Assembly: GCA_001777515.1 (NCBI GenBank) | Contig: MFEF01000002.1 | Span: 5,354 to 69,353 of the forward strand | Length of the DNA: 64,000 nucleotides | Source: Candidatus Doudnabacteria bacterium RIFCSPHIGHO2_01_48_18 | GTDB taxonomy: Bacteria > Patescibacteriota > Doudnabacteria > UBA920 > 2-01-FULL-46-14 | Reading direction: 5' to 3' | Shown here: positions 48,491 to 57,733 of the stretch, in pieces | Layout of the letters: the number at the start of each line of letters is the position of its first letter | Numbering within the stretch: the stretch's first letter is position 1 | The notes under the pieces: model-generated | Databases searched by the model: none | The model's input: the letters and a program-made list of their open reading frames with translations, nothing else | Told to the model about the DNA's origin: nothing | Program-made: the position numbers and the translations under genes

Positions 48491-48936
48491 TCAAATTCGT
48501 CATATTTATAGTTCTGTTGTTGTTGGGCGGCGGCTTGTATTATCTGCACGCGGCCAGGGAGCAGCTGGCAGTAGCTACGCTCACCATCAAAAATAAAGAA
48601 ATACAAATTGAAATCGCGGATTCTCTGGCAGCCCAAGCCCTCGGCCTCTCTGGCAGGCAGTCACTGTGCGCTGATTGCGGCATGCTGTTTATTTACGACC
48701 GGCCGAAATTTCAGCGTTTTACCATGAGAGACATGAATTTCCCCCTCGATATGATTTTCATCGACAAGGGCAAAATCGTGGAGATCAGGGAAGCGATTCC
48801 CAACCCAAAAAGCGGGGAGAGCTCGGTTATCATCCAAAGCGCCAATCAAGCCGACGCGGTTTTGGAGGTAAATGACGGTTTTGTCTGGAAAAACAAGATT
48901 AAGGTTGGCGACATGGTGGTCTTGCGCAAAAAATAG
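48487..48936 (+). CDS. DUF192 protein
   Basis: GLSGR, GMLF, FPLDMIFI, VLEVN. Confidence 0.88.
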   Translation: MIKFVIFIVLLLLGGGLYYLHAAREQLAVATLTIKNKEIQIEIADSLAAQALGLSGRQSLCADCGMLFIYDRPKFQRFTMRDMNFPLDMIFIDKGKIVEIREAIPNPKSGESSVIIQSANQADAVLEVNDGFVWKNKIKVGDMVVLRKK

Positions 48937-48957
48937 AGCCCTGCTATTATATTACCT

Positions 48958-49260
48958 ATGTTTGCAATAATAGAAACCGGTGGAAAACAATATCTTGTTT
49001 CCCCCAAAGACAAAATCAGAGTAGAAAAACTGGACACCAAAGGCGACGAGGTTACCTTTGACAAGGTGCTCCTTGTTTCCGACAAGGACACGAAAATAGG
49101 CAGTCCGTTTGTTTCCGGCGCCAAAGTCACCGCCCGCGTGGTAAACCAGGGGAGGGACCGAAAGCTTCGGATTTTTAAATATAAATCCAAGGTTCGCTAT
49201 CGCCGAAGATTAGGCCATCGCCAGCATTTTACTGAACTTGAGATCCAATCAATTGCATAA
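48958..49260 (+). CDS. rplU: 50S ribosomal protein L21
   Basis: MFAIIETGGKQY, GHRQ. Confidence 0.98.
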   Translation: MFAIIETGGKQYLVSPKDKIRVEKLDTKGDEVTFDKVLLVSDKDTKIGSPFVSGAKVTARVVNQGRDRKLRIFKYKSKVRYRRRLGHRQHFTELEIQSIA

Positions 49261-49285
49261 ACCCCCGGACAGTATCGGGGGTTTA
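49258..49285. terminator. Bidirectional terminator between convergent rplU and recR
   Basis: TAAACCCCCG-GACAGTAT-CGGGGGTTTA. Confidence 0.8.
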
Positions 49286-49897
49286 GTTTATTCCATAGTC
49301 CCTTCGGCCTTCCATGGCTTTGGTGATTGTCAGCTCATCGGCGTATTCGATGTCGCCGCCCATGGGCAGACCGTGCGCGATTCTGGTAATTCTGACATTT
49401 GGGATGCTTTTTAATCGCTTGGCGACATACATTGCCGTACCTTCGCCTTCAAGCGAGGGGTTGGTAGCGATAATGATTTCCGATTTCTCGCCGAGATTCA
49501 TGATTCGCTCCAGAAGCTCCCTGATCTTTAGGTTGTCAGGACCAATGCCGTCGATAGGGGATATAACACCGCCCAGCACATGATAGGTGCCTTGAAAATT
49601 GCGTCCTTGCTCGAGAGCGACTACATCGAGAGGTTCTTCCACTACGCAGATGAGGTTTTGCTTGCGATTTTTGTCTGAGCAAATCGCGCAAAGTGCGCTT
49701 TCAGCAAGGTTATGGCATTGCTGGCAAAAAGTCAGCTCGTGCTTGAGTTCGCTCACCGACTTGGCTAGCTGTTCGCGTTCAAAATCCTTGCTCTTGAGCA
49801 AATAAAAAGCGAGCCTTGAAGCAGATTTGGGTCCAATACCAGGCAATCTGCTTAATTCTTCGATTAGTTTACGGATGGATTTGGGTAGTATATTCAT
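49283..49897 (-). CDS. recR: Recombination protein RecR
   Basis: LPGIGPKSA, C4 zinc finger, YHVLGG, TOPRIM. Confidence 0.97.
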   Translation of the reverse strand: MNILPKSIRKLIEELSRLPGIGPKSASRLAFYLLKSKDFEREQLAKSVSELKHELTFCQQCHNLAESALCAICSDKNRKQNLICVVEEPLDVVALEQGRNFQGTYHVLGGVISPIDGIGPDNLKIRELLERIMNLGEKSEIIIATNPSLEGEGTAMYVAKRLKSIPNVRITRIAHGLPMGGDIEYADELTITKAMEGRRDYGIN

Positions 49898-49922
49898 ATT
49901 GCAATTTCCAAACTGATTGAAA

Positions 49923-51311
49923 TTATATCTCTTCTATCTCCTCTATGACCTCTCGCTCTCGTGCCAGGCTTCTAAATGAAGTTTTGCTGGCATCAAAGAA
50001 GAGTTCGATCTGGCCGGTCGGCCCGTTGCGGTGTTTTCTGATCAAAATTTCTGCGACGTTGGGCTTTCTGGTGTCTTTGCCTGTGTAAACCTCGTCGCGG
50101 TAAATGAACATCACTACGTCAGCATCCTGTTCGATAGATCCGGATTCGCGCAGGTCAGATAACTGCGGACGCTTGTCATTCCCGCGCTGTTCGACGGCGC
50201 GGGACAGCTGGGAGAGAGCGAGGACCGGTACGTTAAGCTCGCGGGCGAGGGATTTGAGAGCGCGGGAGATTTCAGAAACCTCTTGTACGCGGTTTTCCTG
50301 ATTGCGGCCCTGCATCAGCTGCAAATAGTCGACTACGATTAATCCTAAATTTTGTTCTGCCTGGAGTCTTCGAGCCTTAGTACGAATCTCCATGATGTTG
50401 GATGAAGCGGAGTCGTCAATGAAAATTGGCGCGTCAGCCAGCCGTCCCATAGCATGTCCAATGCGCTCGAAATCATTGTCTGGTCCGTCATCGGAAAGCC
50501 GGCCGGTTCGCATTTTCCAAAGATCAACATTGGCTTCGGACGCCAGCAATCTATCCACCAACTGATCTTTACTCATTTCCAGAGAAAAAACGCCGACCGC
50601 GATTTTTTCGCTAACTCCCACGTGCCTGACAATGTCCAAGGCTAAAGAGGTTTTTCCCATGGATGGGCGCGCGGCGAGAATTACTAAATCTGATTTTTGA
50701 AGGCCGCCTAAAAGATTATCCAGGTCAGAAAAGCCACTGGGGATACCACGGAGTTTGCCGCGTTCTTTATGAAGCTCGTCAATGCGGTCAAAAGTTTCAT
50801 GCAGAACCTGCGTGAGTGGCACAAAATTTTGTTTCAGATATTTCTGCGACACTCCAAACAGGCGCTGTTCCGCGGTATCGAGAAGCATTTCCATGTCTTC
50901 CACGTCGCTGTAAGACGCGGTGATTATTTCTGACGAGGCGCGGATCAGCTTCCGCAGTGTAGCTTTGCGCTGCACTATTTTGGCGTAATGGACCACATGC
51001 GCGGCATTGGGGGTGCTATTTACGAGCGAGGTCACATATCCCGTGCCGCCGGCTTGCTCAAGCATGCCTTTTTCTTCGAGGCGATTCGCGACAGTCAACA
51101 CATCTATGCTGGCCCGGCTTTCGTAAAGATCCAGCATCGTCTCATAGATGAGGCCGTTTTTGCGTTCGTAAAAATCTTCCGGTAAAAGCTGGTCCGCGAT
51201 CTTGATGATCGCGTCTCGGTCCAACATGACGCCGCCAAGTACCGAGGCTTCAGCCTCAAGGTTCTGCGGGGGGAGTCTGTCAATTTGGGAGTTTTTTGTA
51301 TCTGTTGGCAC
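49923..51311 (-). CDS. dnaB: Replicative DNA helicase (no intein)
   Basis: PPQNLEAE, ARPSMGKT, DYLQL, LRESGSIEQDAD. Confidence 0.98.
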   Translation of the reverse strand: MPTDTKNSQIDRLPPQNLEAEASVLGGVMLDRDAIIKIADQLLPEDFYERKNGLIYETMLDLYESRASIDVLTVANRLEEKGMLEQAGGTGYVTSLVNSTPNAAHVVHYAKIVQRKATLRKLIRASSEIITASYSDVEDMEMLLDTAEQRLFGVSQKYLKQNFVPLTQVLHETFDRIDELHKERGKLRGIPSGFSDLDNLLGGLQKSDLVILAARPSMGKTSLALDIVRHVGVSEKIAVGVFSLEMSKDQLVDRLLASEANVDLWKMRTGRLSDDGPDNDFERIGHAMGRLADAPIFIDDSASSNIMEIRTKARRLQAEQNLGLIVVDYLQLMQGRNQENRVQEVSEISRALKSLARELNVPVLALSQLSRAVEQRGNDKRPQLSDLRESGSIEQDADVVMFIYRDEVYTGKDTRKPNVAEILIRKHRNGPTGQIELFFDASKTSFRSLAREREVIEEIEEI

Positions 51312-51437
51312 GGATTTTATTTATTTAGGGTACGTTAATAATACTGCCGCAGAAGAGCCTGGTCAAACCCCGCCAAAATCCATAAAAGCGATCTGTTCAT
51401 CCTCATCTTAGCCACAGTTTACCCACCAAATTTTACA

Positions 51438-51481
51438 AAAAAAAGCAGGAAGCCTCGTATCTTGCGAAAGCTCCCTGACTC
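51438..51481 (-). terminator. Terminator of the LysM/FtsZ-like operon
   Basis: Minus strand CAGGGAGCTTTCG..CGAGGCTTCCTG followed by C and a U8 tract. Confidence 0.7.
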
Positions 51482-51516
51482 TCCCTTATGGAGAGATTAA
51501 GTGGCGAATTATCCAG

Positions 51517-53190
51517 TCACCTCAGATTCAGACGGTCAAAGTCTGATTTGGTTTCCTCGAACATTCTCCCCAAGAATTTTTTGATGCTCGAGCCCACTCC
51601 CTGCTGCGTGCTTGTATTTTTTCCGTCCGTGCCGGTGGCAGCGGCGACGGCAAATTTGGGGTCCTCTTGAAAATCCAGGGTTTGCAAAAACTCTTCGCCC
51701 AGAGCCCTGCAAAGGTTAGATCTGATTTCGATCTCTTTGAGCGCTTCTTCGGTGAGAGTTAGTTCCCGGAAACCGGTAATCTTGGTCAGCTGATGAAACG
51801 TGAGATCGTGAGACAAATGCACTGGCCCTTCCTGTGACCGAATCACGCATTTGGTGAGCTTGAAATTTTTCTTGATGATCGCTTTCATGCGGTGATGAAT
51901 CGCTTCTGGCAAGCCTTTTCCAAAGTTTCCGATTTCCGCCAGACCGGGAAGATTTTTCATGATCTCATCATAAGTCATGATTTCCTCCGGAAGTTCCGCG
52001 ACTCGAGCATGCGCATTTTCGAGCTTCATGGCTTCGATCCAGTCAGGCAGGGCGGGGAAATCTCTCATTCGTTTGAAACGGGCCACGTTATCAATCGGTT
52101 CCACCGGCGCAATCGCGCCGTGTTCAAACAGCGCAAATTTGTGTTTCTGGGATGCAGCAATGAACGCTTCATGGAAGCGAAGAGACACCACAACAACTTT
52201 GTCATCACTGAGAGCTTCGCTGTTCATCTGGTGGATCTTGATGCGATTCTCAAGAGCAGATTGGCGCTCCTCATCTTTTCTGGCGAACATGGCGTTAACC
52301 GCTCCCACATTCCTTGGAGTGCGGATGACGCGGATGGCGCCTTTGAGCGGACGCTGCTGTTCCGTGAAGAGCCGGTTTTTCCAGCTTTCTTCGTAATGCG
52401 CTTTCATAGCCTCGGCATTGGCGAGATCTGCGATAGGCAACTCGATCCTGGTCATAGTGATTGGCCCGCATTCCTGGTAGAGCTCAGCCAGTCTGCGCCC
52501 GTCGATCTTTTTGCCGAAAGAATCCGAGCTAAAGATTGTGATTAGCGTATCGAGCAGGTCCTCAATTTGCCTGTCGAATTCGTCGTAATTGATTTCCTGC
52601 CCGCTCGTATCTGCCGCGTCCGTGCACATTTCCAGGTAGGGAATGCCGAGCTTCCTCATCTGTTCGAATACCACGTCGGCTTCCTCTACCCGCTGCCACG
52701 AGCTGCCATCTTCGACCGACGGCCGTATCGTGAGTGCGAAGGGGATGATTTTCTTGCGGTTTTTGTCATCAGTCTGGGCGAGAATCAGCTTCAGGATTTC
52801 TATCAGCGTGCCGCGGCCAGTGTTTCCGCCCAAAGCTACAATGACGACAATGATCTGCGTGAGTGCCAGGACCAGCTTTTGAAACTCGTTCTGCACTGAT
52901 TTGGTGAGAAACGAATCGCGCCCTTCTTCCGCGCTTCCCGCGCCATTCATCCGGCCATCGCCGTAACGGATGATCTGCAGCAGCCTTGCTGTAGATTTCT
53001 CGCGTTCCAGGGTGGCATGCTCCGTATTCCCAGCAACGAATTGGATGGTTTCCTTAAGCGCATCAATTCGCGAGGGATCTGACGCCGCCCATTTTTTGAA
53101 TCGTCTCTCTAGGATGCGAGCGGCAATCGCCGCAATCTGCACGCCAACGTTGCCTGAACCGAAAACCTTGATCCGTAGCCGTTCTTCCAT
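51517..53190 (-). CDS. Highly divergent FtsZ/tubulin-superfamily protein with about 210-aa C-terminal extension
   Basis: IKVFGSGNVG, AGNTE, GAGSAEEGR, ALGGNTGRG, TIRPSVEDG, LKGAIRVI collinear with FtsZ motifs; SD GAGGAG. Confidence 0.8.
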   Translation of the reverse strand: MEERLRIKVFGSGNVGVQIAAIAARILERRFKKWAASDPSRIDALKETIQFVAGNTEHATLEREKSTARLLQIIRYGDGRMNGAGSAEEGRDSFLTKSVQNEFQKLVLALTQIIVVIVALGGNTGRGTLIEILKLILAQTDDKNRKKIIPFALTIRPSVEDGSSWQRVEEADVVFEQMRKLGIPYLEMCTDAADTSGQEINYDEFDRQIEDLLDTLITIFSSDSFGKKIDGRRLAELYQECGPITMTRIELPIADLANAEAMKAHYEESWKNRLFTEQQRPLKGAIRVIRTPRNVGAVNAMFARKDEERQSALENRIKIHQMNSEALSDDKVVVVSLRFHEAFIAASQKHKFALFEHGAIAPVEPIDNVARFKRMRDFPALPDWIEAMKLENAHARVAELPEEIMTYDEIMKNLPGLAEIGNFGKGLPEAIHHRMKAIIKKNFKLTKCVIRSQEGPVHLSHDLTFHQLTKITGFRELTLTEEALKEIEIRSNLCRALGEEFLQTLDFQEDPKFAVAAATGTDGKNTSTQQGVGSSIKKFLGRMFEETKSDFDRLNLR

Positions 53191-53199
53191 ATCTGCTCC

Positions 53200-54420
53200 T
53201 CATGTAAATTTCAGCGTTAAAATTCCTTTGTCATCCTCAAAGCGAAAACTTTCCTTCTTGAATCTGGCATCGCCGATTCGTTGCATCGTCCTTTCTATGT
53301 GTTCTTCCGTGTCCGGTATTTCTGACAATTTTTTTCTCCTGAGCTGGCCAACGATTTCGATAATAAGTTTCCCGTTTTTTGGGTCAGGATGAGGCTTGAT
53401 TACCAGTGGTTCCTGGTTTCGATCAGTCCGCTGCCTTTTGATCAGCTCATCGCGCAGCTTGTCAGCGTATTTGCGCATAGCTGGATTGAGCCAGTCAACA
53501 CCAATTTCCCTGATTTGCTCTAGGCTGATTTTGCCCAGTCTATGAAATTTAATAAAGGGAACGGTGTACTGATTTAACCCCTCTTTGCCTGTTTTATGCC
53601 CGAGAGTCGCTCCTGCTTCGCTGTAGACCTGCTTCGTTTGTTCAAGTACTGTGTTTAGGCCGGCAGGAATTTTGTTGGCGTCGTATATGATGATGGCACG
53701 CAGCGGCCGGATTTTGAGCCAGCTGTCGTTTATATGAGTGCCAGCTTGCGCGGCGCGATGAATGATATCGTCTCTAATGAGTCCGAGTTTTGCGCGTTTT
53801 TGTGATTTCGGAACCTGGAAGAACTTCGGAAAGGACGACTTAGCGATACGAGGCCGGTACCTCGCTATCACAAAGATCAGTACTGCAGAGGCAAGAACGG
53901 CTGCTATAGCCCACAAAATAACCGGCTGCAGATAAGTTACTTTTTCCATCTGTACAGTCGGCAGGGGCAGACTTGGTGGGGGAATCGCCGGTGAAAAAGT
54001 TTTGGGAATGTAGACTGTCTGATCGAGTGCTTGCCGCGGATTTCTGATTTCATTTATCGCGCTCAAGCTTTTTAAACAATCAGGATTTACGTACTGCTGG
54101 CAAATCGCTGCTAGCGATTGATTGTTTGACAGAATCGCAGTTGTTTTAACCTGATCTTTTTGAATCAAGACTTGCCAACCTGGACGAATCAAATGCTTGT
54201 TGCTTCTTACTCGCCCCCGGTTGTCCATTACCAATACCCAATTGGCTTTCCAATTCGCAGCGTTTCGCGTGGCTCGCAGAGCAATACGGCCAACTGTGTC
54301 ACCTTTTTCTACTGCAACTGTTTCATAGTTCTGTTTGTTTGGGATTTGCGCTATCGCCTCTTGGCCATAGGCAAAAAACCCCAGCAGCAAAAAGAACTGG
54401 ATAATTCTTTTATACATCAA
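53200..54420 (-). CDS. Signal peptide + two LysM-like domains + Pro linker + TM + cytoplasmic domain
   Basis: VEKGDTVGRIA...LIRPGWQVLI; QSLAAIC...INEIRNP...VYIP; TM VILWAIAAVLASAVLIFVIA; SD GGAGG. Confidence 0.75.
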   Translation of the reverse strand: MMYKRIIQFFLLLGFFAYGQEAIAQIPNKQNYETVAVEKGDTVGRIALRATRNAANWKANWVLVMDNRGRVRSNKHLIRPGWQVLIQKDQVKTTAILSNNQSLAAICQQYVNPDCLKSLSAINEIRNPRQALDQTVYIPKTFSPAIPPPSLPLPTVQMEKVTYLQPVILWAIAAVLASAVLIFVIARYRPRIAKSSFPKFFQVPKSQKRAKLGLIRDDIIHRAAQAGTHINDSWLKIRPLRAIIIYDANKIPAGLNTVLEQTKQVYSEAGATLGHKTGKEGLNQYTVPFIKFHRLGKISLEQIREIGVDWLNPAMRKYADKLRDELIKRQRTDRNQEPLVIKPHPDPKNGKLIIEIVGQLRRKKLSEIPDTEEHIERTMQRIGDARFKKESFRFEDDKGILTLKFT

Positions 54421-54620
54421 TCCTCCGAATTTTGCTTTTGAAAGTTTCTTGCCTGCTTGCAGGACAAGTTATGATTAAAGCTATCAACTCGAAAATAGCG
54501 CTCCTATGTAGAAGCGCACAGAAGAAACAATATTTTTCGTTTCAATTTTTTGCCGATCGCACAATAAAAAATGCCCCGGGAATCGGGGTAAAATTTTTCA
54601 TCAGCTAACTAATATTATAT

Positions 54621-54649
54621 ATTATAGCGAAAATTTTAGTTTTTGTCAA
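54621..54649 (-). promoter_or_regulatory. Perfect-consensus sigma70 promoter facing the LysM/FtsZ-like operon
   Basis: TTGACA-17nt-TATAAT on the minus strand, overlapping the cysS 3' end. Confidence 0.8.
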
Positions 54650-56024
54650 TTTTTCTTGTTATGACGCTGCCCTTATTCGTGTCTCTTACAACGAACCCCT
54701 GCCGTTCAATTTCGACCCGAATTTGATCTGATTCGGCCCATTTGTTTTCTTTGCGCAGCGCCTCGCGCAGATCCGCGAGCACCATGATCGCTTCCGGTAA
54801 CGGTTCGTTCAATCTTTCCCAAGCTTCCTTAAGCGATAGGCCGAGCACCTCGTCCATTTTCATAAGAGAAGCGTATTTTTTACTGTCAGCGATGTCTGAA
54901 TGGATCATTTCCCACATTACTGACAGCGCTTTTGGCGTATCAAGATCGTCGTTAATCGCCTCGAAAAATGTTTTTTCAAATTGCTTGGCGCCGGTTTTTC
55001 CTTCTTTGCACTCCGCGAGTTTTTCGTATAAGTTATTTAACGTGTTTTGCGCGCTATCCATAGCGTCCCAGGTGAAATTGAGCTTGGAGCGGTAGTGCCC
55101 CTGTAAAACAAAATAACGATAGGCGAGGGAGTCAAAGTTTTTTTCCGCCAGCTGGTCAAGAGTGATGAGATTGCCTTCGCTTTTGCCCATGCGGCCGCCA
55201 TCTACCATGATAAATTCGGAATGCAGCCAAAAATTGGCGAGCGGTTTGCCCGCGGCAGCCTCGCTTTGCGCCATTTCATTGGTGTGATGCACAGGCACAT
55301 GGTCAATGCCGCCTGTGTGGATGTCGAACGGCTGCCCCAGGTATTTTACTGACATAGCCGAGCATTCAATATGCCACCCAGGGAAACCAATGCCCCAGGG
55401 CGAGTCCCATTCCATATCTCTTTTTGCCGTTGGGGGAGAAAATTTCCATAGCGCGAAATCCGTGGGATTGCGCTTTTCTGGATTGGCCTCGACTCGGGCA
55501 CCTTCTTTGAGGCCTTCGATATCAAGCTGGGCCAGCTTGCCATAATCGGATAGTTTTGCGGTATCAAAATAAATTCCGTCACTGGTCTTATAGGTAAAAC
55601 CTTTTTTCTCAAGCATTTTGACAAGCTCGATCATGTCTTTGATGTGGTCAGTGGCTTTTGAGAGTTTGTCAGGAGTAATGATATTGAGTCTTGCGATATC
55701 ATCCAGAAAAGCATCAGTGTAAAACGAGGCAATCTCCCAGGCTGATTTTTTTTCGCGTTTCTGGGCCACCAGCATTTTGTCCTGGCCCATGTCGCGGTCG
55801 CCGGTCAGGTGTCCCACGTCAGTAATATTCATAATGTGGGTGATTTTGTAACCCTCGGTTTTCAGAGCGCGTTTCAGCACATCAGCAAACAGGTAAGCCC
55901 GGAGATTGCCAATATGGGCATAGTCGTAAACCGTGGGACCACAGGTGTAAATACCCACATTTTTGCCATTCAGCGGTTTGAAAATTTCCTTTTTGCGACC
56001 GAGCGTGTTCAGCAGTTTGATCAT
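54636..56024 (-). CDS. cysS: Cysteine-tRNA ligase
   Basis: [26 protein letters not shown]. Confidence 0.97.
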   Translation of the reverse strand: MIKLLNTLGRKKEIFKPLNGKNVGIYTCGPTVYDYAHIGNLRAYLFADVLKRALKTEGYKITHIMNITDVGHLTGDRDMGQDKMLVAQKREKKSAWEIASFYTDAFLDDIARLNIITPDKLSKATDHIKDMIELVKMLEKKGFTYKTSDGIYFDTAKLSDYGKLAQLDIEGLKEGARVEANPEKRNPTDFALWKFSPPTAKRDMEWDSPWGIGFPGWHIECSAMSVKYLGQPFDIHTGGIDHVPVHHTNEMAQSEAAAGKPLANFWLHSEFIMVDGGRMGKSEGNLITLDQLAEKNFDSLAYRYFVLQGHYRSKLNFTWDAMDSAQNTLNNLYEKLAECKEGKTGAKQFEKTFFEAINDDLDTPKALSVMWEMIHSDIADSKKYASLMKMDEVLGLSLKEAWERLNEPLPEAIMVLADLREALRKENKWAESDQIRVEIERQGFVVRDTNKGSVITRKIDKN

Positions 56025-56078
56025 AGCCTAATATTAGCAGAAGGGCGGAAGTCATAGTAGACTACCGCCCTTGCGTTC

Positions 56079-56750
56079 TCAAAGCGATTTGACTTTGCCG
56101 AGAAACGACCCGCACAGCAAGATAAATGATTTCCAGCCAAGACCGTACGCGATCCAATCCAGCGGCCAAAAGGCAGTACTGACAAACAGGACGATGCATA
56201 TCATGAGACAGATCTCAGATACCATTTTTGCTTTTCCAATGCCGGTGGATTTCAGTTTTTTTAGAACGTCTGCCACAGGCGTACCAATCAGAACTGAGAT
56301 CACGAAAAACAAAACCGCCAAAGTTCCATAGGCGATTTCGCCAGCAGCTATCCAAAGCATGAAATTTTCACGGAAAGCATCATAGTAGTAAATAGTGAAG
56401 AGGATTCCCACGATGAATGCCTTGTCAGTGAGTGAATCAAGCAAGCCGCCAAGCGACGATTCGGATTTGCCTTCTTTTCTGGCCATGATTCCGTCGATGT
56501 TGTCTGTCCAGGCCGCGGCAATGATTGCCAGCAGCGCCAGGATATATTGCTGATAAGCGATTAGCGCGCAAATTCCCGGCGTGGAAATGAGTCTAGTGGC
56601 GGTAATTTGGTCCGAGGTATAGCCGCGCCTCCGAAGCCAGTCGGCTTGCGGTTCGGCTGCTCTCGCGAGAATTTCGCGACCTTGAATGAGCAGGCCGTCA
56701 GTTCTCGAGCACACAGCGCCCCACGTTTGGACGATTACGGCGACAGCCAT
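56079..56750 (-). CDS. CDP-alcohol phosphatidyltransferase (PgsA-like, divergent)
   Basis: DNIDGIMAR...SLGGLLDSLTDK signature; SD AAAGGAGG. Confidence 0.85.
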   Translation of the reverse strand: MAVAVIVQTWGAVCSRTDGLLIQGREILARAAEPQADWLRRRGYTSDQITATRLISTPGICALIAYQQYILALLAIIAAAWTDNIDGIMARKEGKSESSLGGLLDSLTDKAFIVGILFTIYYYDAFRENFMLWIAAGEIAYGTLAVLFFVISVLIGTPVADVLKKLKSTGIGKAKMVSEICLMICIVLFVSTAFWPLDWIAYGLGWKSFILLCGSFLGKVKSL

Positions 56751-56788
56751 AATTTCCTCCTTTGATTGAGATGAGAATTACGAAAATT

Positions 56789-57709
56789 TTAAAACCATTT
56801 TTTGCTTTTGAAAATCCACAGCATGCCAAGTGAAGCGGCTGCCATGAATAAAGCCACGATCCAGAACCCCTGGGGGTGATCGGAAAAAGGCATGCCGCGC
56901 ATGTCTACCGCGAATATGAACGCGACAAGAGTTGCCGGGATAGCGATGGCCGAAAAAATGGAAATTGTCTTGGTGATTTCATTCAGGCGATGACTGACGA
57001 GCGATTGATAAGTTTCAGCCAAAGCATCAGCGGTTTCTTTCTGCGCCTCCAGGATATCCCAAATGTTTTCGTAGTATTCAAGCAGATCACGGTAATATAG
57101 TTTTGATTGCGGAAAATTTAAATAAATAGTTGTGCGTTTCGGCAATTTTTCCAGTACATAGCGGTGGGTTTTCATCATTTTCCGGAATTCGATAATATTT
57201 TTTTTCATGAGTGTAATTTGGGAAAGCACGTTTTCGCCGCGATGATGAAAGACGCCTTTTTCGATCACGCCGATATCCTCGCTCATGTGATCGAGAATCG
57301 GGTAAGACCGCTTGAATAGGCTTTCTAAAACCTTGTAGAGCAGGTAGCCCGCCCCTTTTTGCATGAAAGCATTTCTAATATCTGTGGAATTTCGGGTTTC
57401 ATTAAAAAGGTTTTTTAGAGTGAATATCTGGCCGTAATGAACGGTGATGATGAGGTTTTTGCTGACAAAGAAATCTACTTCGCCGTTGACTATTTCCTGG
57501 GTCTGCCGGTCATAAACCGGAAAGAGCAGCACCATGAAATCGTAGCCATCGCCCTCGTCAATATGGGGCCGCTGCTGATATTCGGTGACCGCGCTTAGAT
57601 GCAGATTATGAAATTTGAAATTGGCGCGGAGCCACTCCACGTCTTCGGGCTTGGGATCTGTGATGTCAATCCACCGGAGGTTTTTTGTGTAAATAGTTTG
57701 TGCAGGCAT
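56789..57709 (-). CDS. Second CorA-family transporter with degenerate signature
   Basis: CorA architecture (WIDI, QRPHID, LNEITKTISIFS); GMN replaced by AVD. Confidence 0.85.
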   Translation of the reverse strand: MPAQTIYTKNLRWIDITDPKPEDVEWLRANFKFHNLHLSAVTEYQQRPHIDEGDGYDFMVLLFPVYDRQTQEIVNGEVDFFVSKNLIITVHYGQIFTLKNLFNETRNSTDIRNAFMQKGAGYLLYKVLESLFKRSYPILDHMSEDIGVIEKGVFHHRGENVLSQITLMKKNIIEFRKMMKTHRYVLEKLPKRTTIYLNFPQSKLYYRDLLEYYENIWDILEAQKETADALAETYQSLVSHRLNEITKTISIFSAIAIPATLVAFIFAVDMRGMPFSDHPQGFWIVALFMAAASLGMLWIFKSKKWF

Positions 57710-57733
57710 TTTGTTTCAGAAACAGTATAGCAG

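Noticed and set aside
49923-51311. Intein in dnaB
   Set aside because: 462 aa is normal length and the motifs are contiguous
51892-52545. 217-aa plus-strand ORF
   Set aside because: Shadow of the FtsZ-like gene, which has the SD and motif support
51517-53190. Canonical ftsZ or a phage PhuZ/plasmid TubZ
   Set aside because: Signature and T7 loop are too degenerate for the main division FtsZ, and no phage, tubR or centromere-like repeats are nearby
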